The notes beneath the pieces are model-generated. The model did not search any database. It saw only the letters and a list, made by a program, of their open reading frames with translations, and had not been told where the DNA came from. The translations under genes were made by a program, and so were the position numbers. This document shows, piece by piece, positions 37,830 to 51,219 of a DNA stretch of 64,000 nt (the stretch's first letter is position 1; each line of letters starts with the position of its first letter). This DNA comes from Octopus sinensis (taxonomy: Eukaryota): NCBI RefSeq assembly GCF_006345805.1, contig NC_043001.1, positions 134,292,001 through 134,356,000 of the forward strand, in the 5' to 3' direction.

Positions 37830-39926
37830 TTTCCAGCTCTTTATGTTCTGAGTTAAGATTGAGCTGAGTCAACTTTGTTTTTCCTCCTTTTTGGGGTCAG
37901 TTGAGTATAGGAGTAGATGTAAGCAACTCCCACCCTAAAATTGGTGACCTTGTACTTTTCCAGTAGAATTGTTACCAAGTTGGGCAAAAATACTTATCTG
38001 TATTTCTCGTGGCTTTGTTCTGAATTCAAATTCTGTCAACTTTAAACTTTGCCTTTCATTCTTTCAGGATCAATAGAATAGGTATCAGCTGAACATGGGG
38101 ATTGATGTAATCAATTACCCCTCTCTAAAATTTTTAGGCCTAATGCTTTTAGTAGGAAGAATTAGTAAAAGTAGTGGAGTAGCAGAATCAGTTGAGTATT
38201 AGTCAAAATACTTTGTGGTATTTAATTATGGCCCTTGATGCTCCAAGTTCAAATTTCATAGAAGTGAAGTTTTCTACACTCATATCCTATTAACTCCAAT
38301 CAAGGTGGTAAGCTGGCAGAAACATTAGCATGCCAGGTGAAATGCTTAGCAGTATTTCGTCTGTCTTTACATTCTGAGTTCAAATTCCACCGAAGTCAAC
38401 TTTGCCTTTCATCCTTTTGGGGTCGATTAAATAAGTACCAGTTACGCACTGGGGTCGATGTAATCGACTTAATCCGTTTGTCTGTCCCCTCTGTGTGTAG
38501 CCCCTTGTGGGCAGTAAAGAAATAAGAAACATTAGCATACTGGGTGAAATGCTTAGTGGTATTTCATCTGTCTTTACATTCTGAGTTCAACTTTGCCTTT
38601 CCTCATTTTGGGGGTCGATAAATTAAGTACCAGTTGTGTACTAGGGTTGATCTAATCGACTGGCCTCTCTCCACAAAATTTCAGGCCTTGTGGCTAGAGT
38701 AGAAAGAAAAAAAAAAGTATTATTAGCACACCAGGCAAAATAGTTAGTGGCATTTTGTCTGTCTTTACATTCTGAATTCAAATTCCACCATGGTCAACTT
38801 TGCCTTTCATCCTTTGGGGAGGGATGGTAAAATAAGTGCCAGTTAAGCACTGGGGTCTATGTAATTGACTTAACCCTTCCCCCGAAATTGCTGGCCATGT
38901 GCCAAAATTTGAGACCATTATTAAAGTTATAATTATTGCAAAAATTGGTTTTATGTTTACTTAACAGAAATAACACATCACAGAAGAAGATGAAACTTTT
39001 TGGTATGCTGGAACCATAATCTCTCATCCTCTAAATCTAAGCTATCTCAGATTATCTAATTTCTTAGTGAAAAGCAATATCTCTTTGTATTTAATATTCA
39101 TCCCCATTAAGACAGCAAGCTGGCAGAGATGTGAATATGCCAGGCAAAATGCTTTGTCCATTGCTACTTTCCGAGTTCAAAATTCCACCGAGGTTGACTT
39201 TACCTTTCATCCTTTTGGGGTCAATAAAATAAGTACCAGTTGAGCACTGGGCAGTTTTGGCTCATTTATAGGCACTACAGAACTGCAACACCCCCTATTT
39301 CCACTCGATATTATTGATAACATTCCATGCTTTTAAGGATCATTTCTTAAGTATGTGTCGCAACAGTATCCGATTCTATTGATCAACAACATCATGATGA
39401 TGGGAGATTGTATTGAGTCCTGAGTGTGAAACAGGTTTTTCTTTATCATTTGTTCCTCGCTGTTAACAATTGTGAGAAATCCACTGAGGATCATTCTAGA
39501 GAGATTTAATAACTCCTTAAAGAGGGACTCAATACTTTCTGAGTCTTTATGGCAGCGAGCTAACAGAAACGTTAGCATGCCGGGCAAAATGCTTAGCAGT
39601 ACTTCGTCTGCCGCTACGTTCTGAGTTCAAATTCCACCAAGGTCAACTTTGCCTTTCATCCTTTTGGGGTCGATTAAATAAGTACCAGTTACGCACTGGA
39701 GTCGACGTAATCCATTTGTCTGTCCTCTGTGTTTAGTCCCTTGTGGGTAGTAAAGAAATAGGTATTTCGTCTGTCTTTACAGTCTGAGTTCAAATTCCAC
39801 TGACATTGACTTTGCCTTTCATCCTTTCGGGGTTGATAAATTAAGTACCAGTTGCATACGGGGGTCGACCTAATCAACTGGCTCCCTCCCCCAAATTTTC
39901 GGGCCTTGTGCCTAGTGTAGAAAAGA
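37830..39926 (+). mobile_element. Cluster of about nine same-strand SINE B units of differing ages
   Basis: Recurrent CTGAGTTCAAATTCC...CTTTGCCTTTCATCC...AAGTACCAG at ~37850, 38020, 38250, 38375, 38580, 38770, 39170, 39620 and 39785. Confidence 0.85.
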
Positions 39927-41315
39927 ATATTATTGATAACATTCAATATAATGAGTCCTTTTTTTTTATACTTGTACATTATATAATCCTTAGGCTTAAT
40001 GTCAGTAGCCATCCCCTCGTATATGAAAAAAATACAAAATTCCTTGTATAGAACTGTGCGCTTCAGTTCCAGCGATGCAGTGTTTGGCTGTTGTGTGCAT
40101 GCTCACATATCCAAGATAGGAAGCTTCACTTCCAACAGGACTTTAACCCATTAGCATTGAAATTATTCTGTTAAATGTTCTGCTTATATATTCCCATTGT
40201 TTTGAATTAATCATGCATTATCTCATAGCTTTGAGATTCTGATGTGATTGTTTATGGAATGATATCTCTACTCCTCATCTCCTAGCATTAAGTTGCCCCA
40301 TTTTGGGGCTTGTAAGTCTTAAAAGCAGCATGGTGATCTCACTAGTGTTGGTGGCATGAAAAAAAAGCACCCACTACACACTGGAAAGTGGTTGGCATTA
40401 GGAAGGGTACCCAACCATAGAAACTATGCCAATGTAGATACTGGAGCATGATGAAGTCTTTGAGCCGATGACGTCCAGTCAAATTGTTCAACCCATAGCA
40501 GCATGGAACATGGGCATTAAAGTATGATTATAATAATTAGGAATCTTTATTGTAATAGCCATATTTTAGTAATTATCAAGATATTTTTTAATGTAAAAAG
40601 GTGTTGCTAATGTAAAACTGCTGTTACTAATGTAAGGCATTTTATATTCCATACAATAAAACATACCATATAAATTGTTTAGCAGTGCCTTTAATTAGTG
40701 TTATTTTATTTGAATAGGACATCAATTGCTTTGAAAATGTGCCAAAAAGAGCTAGTTACATCTTCAGTTTGGCTAATCATATAGAGATGGAAATGTTTTC
40801 AGGTGTGGGGTTAAGTATTTTGGAAGGTTCTTCCAAATTTTTTTTTTTTTTGAGATAAGCACAAGCATTGCTTCACATGATTTCAGGTTGTCTACCATAG
40901 CCCTGGGATGTTCAAAGCTTTATGAGTGAATTTAGTAGATAGAAACTGCCATTATGACACACACATATTTGTGTTTTACCCTACAACTTAATTAGTACTG
41001 CTTTATGCCCTCTATCTTAGGAGTTCAGCAGGCACCGATTGCATCCAGTACGCTCTGTAAAATGGTTCATGTGAGAAAGATATCCAGCTATAGAAAACAT
41101 TACAATGCACAAATAAACCATGTTCCTCTGAGTCACGTTTACAGAGCAGTAATTTCAAGTAAGAACCGACTTGGAATATGACCAACTAACCCATAGCAAC
41201 GTGGAGAACTGATGTAAAACATATATGAGAGTTGAGCAACAGGACTCAGTTGTTGCACAAAGAAAACAATAAAGAAAAAAGAAATCTACCAAGTTCAATA
41301 CAATACACTCTTTAA

Positions 41316-41534
41316 CCCTTTAGTATTTAAACCGGCCATATCCGGCCAAAATAGTTAATCTGTTTTATGTTCAAACTGACCAGATCCAGGCTCTCACACC
41401 TACCCTACAATGTTATTCTACATTAAGTAATTACACCATCAAGATCTTGAAGATATGAGATAATGCATGATTAATTCAAATCAATGGGAATCAATAGGCA
41501 TTATGTTTGGTAGAATAATCTGAACACTAAAGGG
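41316..41534. mobile_element. piggyBac-type TTAA MITE
   Basis: Perfect TTAA TSDs and CCCTTTAG TIRs. Confidence 0.92.
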
Positions 41535-41929
41535 TTAAAGGGGTTGATGATAGGACAGGCAGCCAGCTGTAATGACTGAGCTAAATTTAATAACACATAA
41601 GCAAGATGCAAACCCTCAGCCACTGTAGGAAAGATAAAAACTCCAAATAAGAGGTCTCAAGCTGTGTTGACCTGTCCAACAAATACCGGTACAGAAAGGG
41701 AATACAAAACAATGACAACTATGATGTAATTAATGTTTCAGAATTAACACTCAGGTGTCTTACATTGGAGCAGTTTCTTATATTCTAGCAGGTCTTGTGG
41801 AAATAGTTTTAATCAGGATTAAGTACAAAATATCAAAGCGCACACAAAATGTTGACTGTTGAATAGTTTACCAATAATTCAAAAAAATCATTCACCTGCA
41901 CATAAAACCATTTGCACACACACACACAC

Positions 41930-44395
41930 ATCATCATCGTTTAACGTCTGCTTTCCATGCTAGCATGGGTTGGACGGTTCAACTGGGGTCTGGGAAGCCC
42001 GAAGGCTGCACCAGGCAAGTCAGATCTGGCAGTGTTTCTACAGCTGGATGCCCTTCCTAACGCCAACCACTCCGAGAGTGTAGTGGGTGATTTTATGTGC
42101 CACCGACACAGGTGCCAGACGAGGCTGGTGAATGACCACGCTCGGATAGTGTTTTTTATGTGCCACCGACACAGGTGTCAGACGAGGCTGGCGAACGGCC
42201 ATGCTCGGATGGTGTTTTTTATGTGCCACCGACACAGGTGCCAGACGAGGCTGGCGATGGCAATTTTGAGAAGGACTGAGAGAGCAATGTATGGTGTGAA
42301 ACTATTGGATAAAGGGGGGGTGAGGACTTGATGAGAATGCTGGGGTTGGAGGAATCAGTGAAACAGTTGGCAAGGGCAAATGGGATGCAGTGGTATGGAC
42401 AGGCGGCGAGCTGGCAGAAACGTTAGCACGCCGGGCGAAATGCTTAGCGGTATTTCGTCTGCGTTACGTTGTGAGTTCAAATTATGCCGAGGTTGACTTT
42501 GCCTTTCATCCTTTCGGAGTCGATAAATTAAGTACCAGTAACGCACTGGGGTCGATGTAATCGACTTAATACCTACGTCTGTCCTTGTTTGTCCCCTCTG
42601 TGTTTAGCCCCTTGTGGATAATAAAGAAATAGGTATGGACATGTGTTGAGGAGGGATGACGATCATGTTCTGAGGAGAGAGCTTGAGTTTAAAGCGAATG
42701 AACCACGAAAGTGAGGTTGACCAAAGAAAATGTGGAGAAGGAGATTGAGAAGGACGCCCAAAACCGGGCGAGATGGTGTGAGAGTGGCTGCTGTAAGAGT
42801 GAGTAGATCTGACCACCACCGTTAACGGGGACAAACCTGGATTTAAAATATTGGAATTCATTCACATATCATCATCATTTAGCGTCCGCTTTCCATGCTA
42901 GCATGGGTTGGACGGTTCAACTGGGGTCTGGGAAGCCAGAAGGCTGCATCAGGCCCAGTCTGATCTGGCAGTGTTTCTACGGCTGGATGCCCTTCCTAAC
43001 GCCAACCACTCCGTGAGTGTAGTGGGTGCTTTTTACGTGCCACCCGCACGTATATAAAACTATTCACAAATACATAATCTAACACCAGCTTTTTCATGTT
43101 GGTGTAGGTTGTATGGTTTGACAGGATCTGATAAGCCAGAGAGCTGTGCCCAGTTTGTCATGGTTTCTATGGTTAGATGCTTTTCTTGTGCCGCCTGTAA
43201 CTTACCAGACAGAAAAAAGAGCAGGGAAAAGAATAAAAGTACCCATTTGTAAGTGTGCGTCTGTGGGGCTTTATGCCGGGTGTTGAAAGGCTAAAGCATG
43301 ACAGAGAGACAAGATTAGGCGTCTTGCTCTAGAAGAGATACACAGGAGTGGCTGTGTAGTAAGTAGCTTGCTAACCAACCACATGGTTCTGGGTTCAGTC
43401 CCACTGCGTGGCATTTTGGGCAAGTGTCTTCTGCTATAGCCCTGGGCCGACCAATGCCTTGTGAGTGGATTTGGTAGACGGAAACTGAAAGAAGCCCGTC
43501 GTATATATGTATGTGTGTGTGTCTGTGTTTGTCCCCCTAGCATTGCTTGACAACCGATGTTGGTGTGTTTACGTCCCCGTCACTTAGCGGTTCGGCAAAA
43601 GGGACCGATAGAATAAGTACTGGGCTTACAAAGAATAAGTCCCGGGGTCGATTTGCTCGACTAAAGGCGGTGCTCCAGCATGGCTGCAGTCAAATGACTG
43701 AAACAAGAGTAAAAGAGTTACCTCACATCATATAGGAGTAGGGATGGGAGTAGTTGAGAAAGACAAATGAAAGTAGTGATGGAGTGCCAGAGCAAACTCT
43801 CAAGGTACAAGAAAGTGAGCATTGAGAGGATACAGTGGGCCATAGAAAGGGAACAGAGAATGGATACTTACATAAGAATGTGAGGGGAGAGTAACAGATG
43901 CTTAGAGATGACAGCAGAGGTGAATGTAGTAAGTAACAAATAAAGGCAAAGGTGTAGTTGATAAGAAGTCACTGTATGGAGAGATGTAGAGTGGGAGAGG
44001 CAGAAGCGGCTCAGAAAGGATAGATCAGATTTTTTTTTTTTTTTATGTGCCACCGACACAGGTCTGGCACCTGTGTCGGTGGCACATAAAAAAAAAAACA
44101 CCGTCCGAGCGTGGCCGTTCGCCAGCCTCGTCTGGCACCTGTGTCGGTGGCACATAAAAAACACCATCCGAGCGTGGCCGTTCGCCAGCCTCGTCTGGCA
44201 CCTGTGTCGGTGGCACATAAAATCACCCACTACACTCTCGGAGTGGTTGGCGTTAGGAAGGGCATCCAGCTGTAGAAACACTGCCAGATCAGACTGGAGC
44301 CTGGTGCAGCCTTCGGGCTTCCCAGACCCTAGTTGAACCGTCCAACCCATGCTAGCATGGAGAGTGGACGCTAAATGATGATAATGATGATGATG
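41930..44395. mobile_element. Retroelement cluster: family D at 41930-42258(-), 42868-43048(-) and 44064-44395(+); RTE fragment 42259-42850 split by SINE B 42402-42631; SINE C 43342-43718(+)
   Basis: Matches to other copies; SINE B TSD GGTATGGACA splits the WYG|HV motif. Confidence 0.85.
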
Positions 44396-44574
44396 TAGAG
44401 GGATGATGTGTGAGTGGGGTATGAAGGCAGACACGACAAGATGCAGGAAAAGTGAGATATATGAAATAGAGAAGAGAAATAACTGAAGGAAACGAAAAAG
44501 GAAGAGGTGATCAAACCATGGACACACATCTACAATCATCCACCCTCACGTACATGCATACATATACACATATA

Positions 44575-44656
44575 AAACAAAAAGAGTAAAACAAACAACA
44601 AAAAAAAGGTGAAGTTTCAATGTATATTTTTAAAGTGTTTTGTGTTTTTATTTATT
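44575..44656 (-). promoter_or_regulatory. Probable distal polyadenylation site of HAPSTR1
   Basis: Overlapping AATAAA hexamers on minus (44647-44656), then a U/GU-rich tract ~40 nt downstream (TTTTTTTTGTTGTTTGTTTT); the SINE-free zone ends here. Confidence 0.55.
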
Positions 44657-44949
44657 CTTGTATTTTACAAAGTTCCCAACCTGTGAGTGTGTTTTGCATC
44701 TTTTACAATTTTGTTCAAAACTTGGGAATTCATCTATTGAAATTGTTTTTATTTGAAAAAAAAAAAAAAAAAAAAAAGAAAAAGAAAAAAAGATCACAGA
44801 ATTTGAAGAAAAATAAATACAAAAAAAAAAACAAACAAACTAAGATACAGCAGAAGTGAGGACTGTTTACATTTCCCAGGTATGTGTATATATATACACA
44901 TACGATATATGTGTATATATCACACACATATATATATATATATACGTAC

Positions 44950-44989
<40 letters not shown>

Positions 44990-45809
44990 CACACATATAC
45001 GCACACACACATACATACATATACACACACACATATAGACACATTTCATAGAGGGGTGGCAGAAACGGGGGGCAAATATGTCGATAAGAAAAGAATAAAA
45101 TAAAGAGGGAGGGGAGGTGAATGGAAATTTTAGTTTTATTCCATTATTGCAATGTTAGAACTTGTCTCCATTCTCTACAGATTTGCAAGTCATCAGTTAA
45201 CATTCAAATAGACAGCTGCAAAAAACAGACATATATATATATACATATACATACACACACACACACACATATATATATATATGACATGCATCATTTAGCT
45301 ATAGGGATTGTACAAGGTTATTAACATATACTATCTTAGAAACAGGTCATATCCATTCTGTTTTTAAACTAGTTATCACCACCTTTTTAAAGAGGTTGAT
45401 GATATTCAGGGTAGCAAGTGCTACAATTAAATTGCATCCAACATGGACAAATCAATCTAAACAGCCATATTTTTACTGTTTTTTTTTTGTTTTGTAAATA
45501 TATATTTAATATTTCAACAATGAAAGAACTAGATCGACAACTGATTAAAGAGATTTTGATATTACTAGCTTAGTAAATTAGATTGAAATGGCAAACCAAT
45601 TAAAAATAAAGGCATATACATCTGTATAGATAAATATACAATTATAAAAAGACGTACACAAAGGGGAAAAAAAAAACACATATACTACTAATACCAATAT
45701 AGAAGCAAGGCTAGTTAACTGAACAGAGACAGGTCAAATCAGCTCAGGGCACCGAGATAATTTCAATGACTAAGAGCCCACAAAACACACACAGGTAAGT
45801 AACCTAAAG

Positions 45810-45852
45810 CTATATATAATATATATATATATATACACACACACACAGATAC

Positions 45853-45911
<59 letters not shown>

Positions 45912-46870
45912 CACACATACACATATGTATATATATACATACACATACGTGTATATATATATATATACATACACACATACATATATATATATACACACAC
46001 ACATACGTATATATATACATATACACACATATACGTATATATATACATATACACACATACGTATATATACATATACACACATGTATATATACATATACAC
46101 ATACGTATATATACATACATACACATACGTATATATACATACATACACATACGTATATATACATACATACACATACGTATATATACATACATACACATAC
46201 GTATATATACATACATACACATACGTATATATACATACATACATACACATACGTATATATACATACACATACGTATATATACATACACATACGTATATAT
46301 ACATACACATATGTATATATACATACACATACGTATATATACATACACATACGTATATATACATACACATACGTATATATACATACATACACACATACGT
46401 ATATATACATACATACACATACGTATATATACATACATACACATACGTATATATACATACATACACATATGTATATATACATACATACACATATGTATAT
46501 ATACATACATACATACACATATGTATATATACATACATACACATACGTATATATACATACATACACATACGTATATATATATATATATACACATACGTAT
46601 ATATATATATACATATATACACATACGTATATATATATATACATATATACACATACGTATATATATATACACACACACTCATATATATACATGCACATAT
46701 ATGTGTGTATATATATATATACATACACACACATACATATGTGTGTATATATATATATATACACACGTGTGTGTGTGTATATATATATATATATACACAC
46801 ACATACATATATATATATATACACATACATACATATATATATATATACACATACATACACACACACATAC
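45810..46870. repeat. TA/CA-derived minisatellite with 20-24 bp units (ACAT[ACAT]ACACATACGTATATAT)
   Basis: Directly visible; regular 20-mers at 46261-46380. Confidence 0.97.
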
Positions 46871-49488
46871 AATTTCTAACCCATGTTATGTTTTAGTGAA
46901 CAGTTGCATTGTAAGGAAGAAATACCTTCAGAAGAATTGATCTTCTGCAGGGCAATAAATTTGGCAGGACAGTTTATATGAGGTAAGGAAGGCGAGTGAG
47001 GAGGGAATACATTATAATTTGACTAAAGTAAAAGCTAATTAAATTAAAGATTGTCAGTAATACCAATAACATACAAGACATTCTTCAGCCAAAAGGAACC
47101 AATCAACAAATTAAAACTAAACAAATATAATTTAATATTTCACCATCTTACAACACATCAAAATAAAATGAAGAGATTTGGGAGAAATGGGGGCCAGGAG
47201 GAAGTCAAAATTCCACTTTAGTGATCAGTTTGTGTCCAATAATTACAGAAGTACAAAGCAAATGATCACCTTTTGTTTGTTAATTAATGAACCACTACGT
47301 TTGCAAATTTGATTTTTTTTTTCTCTTTAAGACTGAATGTTTAATGGTATAGGGCTCTTAATTTTAGTACAGCATTCATTTTGGAGATCTTGTCAAACTA
47401 ATATTGTAATATTATCTCAGTATTTTGGAACAAAGATCTAGTAACATTCTGGTCTGTCTAGTTACATAGGAAACTTATTGCATGCATGCACAAACATGTA
47501 CACACCCTCTCACATAAAAACTATCACAGATACATAAAACTAGAGAGTTGGCCATTTGATAATGACTTTGAAATAGACCTGTGGAGATTATATTAACTCC
47601 ATATTGCAGTTTATATCCATTAACATATTCTGGAATGTACACTGTGTGAATACAATGCCCATGGATAATAAACACCATGGATTTTGAAATAAAAAAATTG
47701 AAGAACTATTTCTGAGTTGAAGAATGGTTAATTAATCCAATTTGGAAACATACACCTTGATTCTACAGCTTTACTTACCATAAATTAAAACAAATTAATG
47801 AATGATTTTAGCAATAAGAAAAAGACATTTTGCCTAAATTGTTGGATTGAAAAAAAAAAGTAAAATAAATAAAATGGCCCACTGGAATGAGAGAAAGATA
47901 TTAACTTTTGTTTTGTGAACAAAAAAAGTTTTTCTAGTTACTAGAATATTTTAGTAACCATTTTTGATACAACTGAGGTTAAATCTAAATTTTCTTAGCA
48001 GTCAAGAATAATTTGAAAAATCTGACAGGAATAGAGCATCAGAACCAAAAATCTTTATGAGAAGTTTTTGATTAAAAACTAATGAAATTCAATGATTCCT
48101 TTAAAACAAAGACCAGATGGTAGCAAACTGAGAAGAAAGGCACCAAAAAGAAAGACTACAGCTAAAGTTAAAACAGGGAAAAAAATAATTGCTGTCGTTA
48201 TCTGAAAATATTGTACGAGAGAGTTTTCAGTGAAATAAAGAGAGAAATCTTCAACTTTGCTACACAAAGAAGAAGAAGCATTTAAAAGTGAGATAATTCT
48301 ATTTTACAGATCTTTGATGTTGCAGTTATTAAGGAAGACCAGCTGAAGGATCAAATAATACAGACATCTCCTTTGGATAAAATAGAATTTCATGAATATA
48401 TTAAAAACTAAAATAATGATATTGGATAAAGAGAAAGAAATTGAAAAATATATTTCACAAGTGACTAAAGTTGGTAGTAAAGGTTATTATTACTTAAATG
48501 TATAACTTCTACATAATCAGTGAATAAAAGAAAAACAAAAAACTACTCTGATCATTAGATTAAGAATATATAAGGTAAGAATTGAAAAGTCTCAGAGGCA
48601 GCTGAAATAAGTGGTACTAATGGGAAAATAATGGTGAAAAAACTCTTTAAAAATTACATTGCTTACTGACCAACATATATAGAGAGGCTGGAGAATCCGA
48701 TTACTTTTTTAAACTAGAAATACTTTTTGGTTTCTTACAAGCAAATATTCTAACCCTTAGATGAAAAGGCGAAAAGAAAAAGAAAAATGAAGAAATAGAA
48801 ACTGCTTTTTAAAAAATGAACGAAATACTTTGTGTTTATTGAAAAAATTAAGTTAAGGCTGCTAAAACTCCATTATTTGTGTCTTGTTGATTGCTGGGAC
48901 AGCCACAACGAGAGGGCCCTGGTCATTCTTCTATCAATTGTTGCAGCTTTTACATTTCAATGCAGAATATGATGCGAAAGCATCCCTTCCCAGGTTTTTT
49001 TTTTCAGTTGCTAACTAGGCACGCTGAAGAAATATAATCTGATTTACACAGGTGTTATGTCAGGATTTGTCTTTGGTTACCATCCACAAGAGAGGTACTT
49101 ATAACTATTACGAGAAAAAGATTTCCAGGCTTAAAAAAAAAAAAAAAAAAAAGAAAAGAAAAAAGGAAAAAAAATCCCTGCTCTGACAGTTTTCTCTTGT
49201 GGCCCCCAAATGGGGAGATTAGTCTCCTTTTAGCAAGAGTCATTTATATATAATCGGCTGAAGCAAACACAATGTTGGCTCAACATCATTTCACAGAAGA
49301 ATAGCTTCAGAAGAAGCTAACTGTATGTACACGAGGATATATATATATATATATACACACACATATATATATATATATACACACATACACACACACACAA
49401 TATATATATATATAGGTGTGTGTATTATGTATTTATTTTATAGAAAGTTTTCTACCAGTGACATGTAGTGGTTCAGTTTGTCATTATT

Positions 49489-49679
49489 CTACATTATGCG
49501 GCTTTTTTTTCGAGATGGTGAATCCATACCATCTGAAGGTGGACTTCTTTTGCGGGAATCAGAATGCCTAGATATTTCATCAAGAATAAATCTGTTCAAA
49601 TCTTCCATGTTTCTGTTTAAGGTACCGCCAGTATGAGGTAGATATCCTACACTAATATTTGACATAGCACCATTTAAAC
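49489..49679 (-). CDS. HAPSTR1: HAPSTR1/C16orf72 terminal coding exon
   Basis: ttctttttcag acceptor, phase 1; GLNGAMSNISV...EDLNRFILDEI...RKRS...DSPSRKKSRIM* matches the vertebrate GLSGAMASISV...DLNTFISEEM...RKR...DSPTHKRNRM C-terminus (recalled). Confidence 0.93.
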
Positions 49680-50158
49680 CTGAAAAAGAAGCAAAAATAG
49701 CAATGATTAATGATGCAATGGAGAACCTAAGAAAACACATTAACGTTTAAACTAGCCCATCAACTGAAGCAAATTTAGAAATCAAATGCTTTAAAATTGA
49801 ATCATCTCGAATTTGTATTAACTGGAAAACCAAAATTGACATAAGATTTAATTACTGCAAAGAAGCATATGCAATAAAAAAATAAAAAAAAATAAAAAAA
49901 AACTTCTACAGGAGACAAAATATAATCCTGTGGATTTGTTACAAATCCAACTAAGCTGAATATCATCAATATGAGCTGAAGTCAATAACTTACACTTCTT
50001 TGATTTTTGATTATGGTCAAAGATGTATTTTTTTGTTTTTGTTTATATGAGTACTGGTAGATACCAATTGTGTAGGAAAGAATAAGCTACAATAAGCTGA
50101 AGTCATTTAGAAATTATTATACAGCATAAGTTAGAGGTTTTCAATTAGTTGACACCTA

Positions 50159-50355
50159 CAGTAATCCCTTGACTATCATGGATGTTATGTTCCATCCCCA
50201 CGATAGATGAAAAGTAGAAAAAATACTGTACTGTATATATTTTTCGTATTTTTATAATTTGTATATATTTGTTATTATAAATGCAAAACAATATCACAAA
50301 GGAATTGACACAAGTTTAAACAATAAACCATGATAGATTTGGTGAGAGATTACTG
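50159..50355. mobile_element. Tigger-type MITE in the last intron
   Basis: TA|CAGTAATCCCT ... GAGAGATTACTG|TA. Confidence 0.65.
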
Positions 50356-50916
50356 TATTTCAATTATGATTTTAGTTTCAGTAGCTAATACACATTCCAA
50401 AAATTCTATCATCAATGACATTATAAAGTCAAAATATTGCTAGTAGGAGTAGAGCTGCTAATGTAGCTTACTCATTCAGAAAACTGATGAGCTGCTGAAA
50501 GTACAAATACTTTTATGCAATCTTGGGGCTAAATTCAGATGTCCAACATGCTAGCTATAGAAATATCTCACATGTTCAAATGGTGGATATCTCAGCTTTG
50601 GATACAAAAATTTTCTGCAATATGATATCAAGTGCTCTATGTGCAATCGTATTTCTCAAAAACTTTGTGTATGCTGCTTAAGTACCTAGAATGTTATACT
50701 AGTCAATGCATATAGCAAGTGTGGGTTAATACTGACACTATAACATCTACTACAAAACTAGGTATACCTCAATTCATACATTTTTATGGAGCAAAATCAA
50801 AGACTGATGGCAAAAGATCTCATAATTAGATCTCTGGGGCAGCTAAACTACAAATTACAGCTATTTAAATGAAAGAATAATTTCAAAAGAATCTTTGTTA
50901 AGAGAGAAGTACTCAC

Positions 50917-51219
50917 CTTGCAAGGCCAATGCATCACTAAAAGCTTGCAATTCAGTATCTGTGTCTGGTTCTAAATCCCTTCCACCACAGTGAGATAACC
51001 TTTGAGAGGGCCTGTCTTTAGTCATCCAAGTACCACTTTTGCCAGTAGATGCTCCTCGGTTACGCAATGGTGGATTCTTGCCACAAAGAAAAGCAAGAAG
51101 CTCTTCTCTACGTATATGACGTCGTTTCTTTTTGGCCCAGGCAATAATATCTTTTGTTCTGTGTTGTTTACCACACTGCACACCAACATCAATACAGCCT
51201 CGTAATGTATCTATACTAT
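50917..51219 (-). CDS. HAPSTR1: HAPSTR1/C16orf72 internal exon (303 bp, phase 1-1)
   Basis: tttcag acceptor and gtgagt donor; DVGVQCGKQHRTKDIIAWAKKKRRHIRREELLAFLCGKNPP...LQAFSDALALQ matches the family motif KDVLAWVKKRRRTIRREDLISFLCGKVPP...LQPFREAIALH. Confidence 0.95.

Noticed and set aside
45763-46940. 300-370 aa ORFs in all six frames
   Set aside because: Alternating purine/pyrimidine repeats cannot form stop codons; not protein coding.
50484-50515. CTGATGA-gctgct-GAAA hammerhead-like core
   Set aside because: No stem II and only 2 bp of stem I; likely chance.
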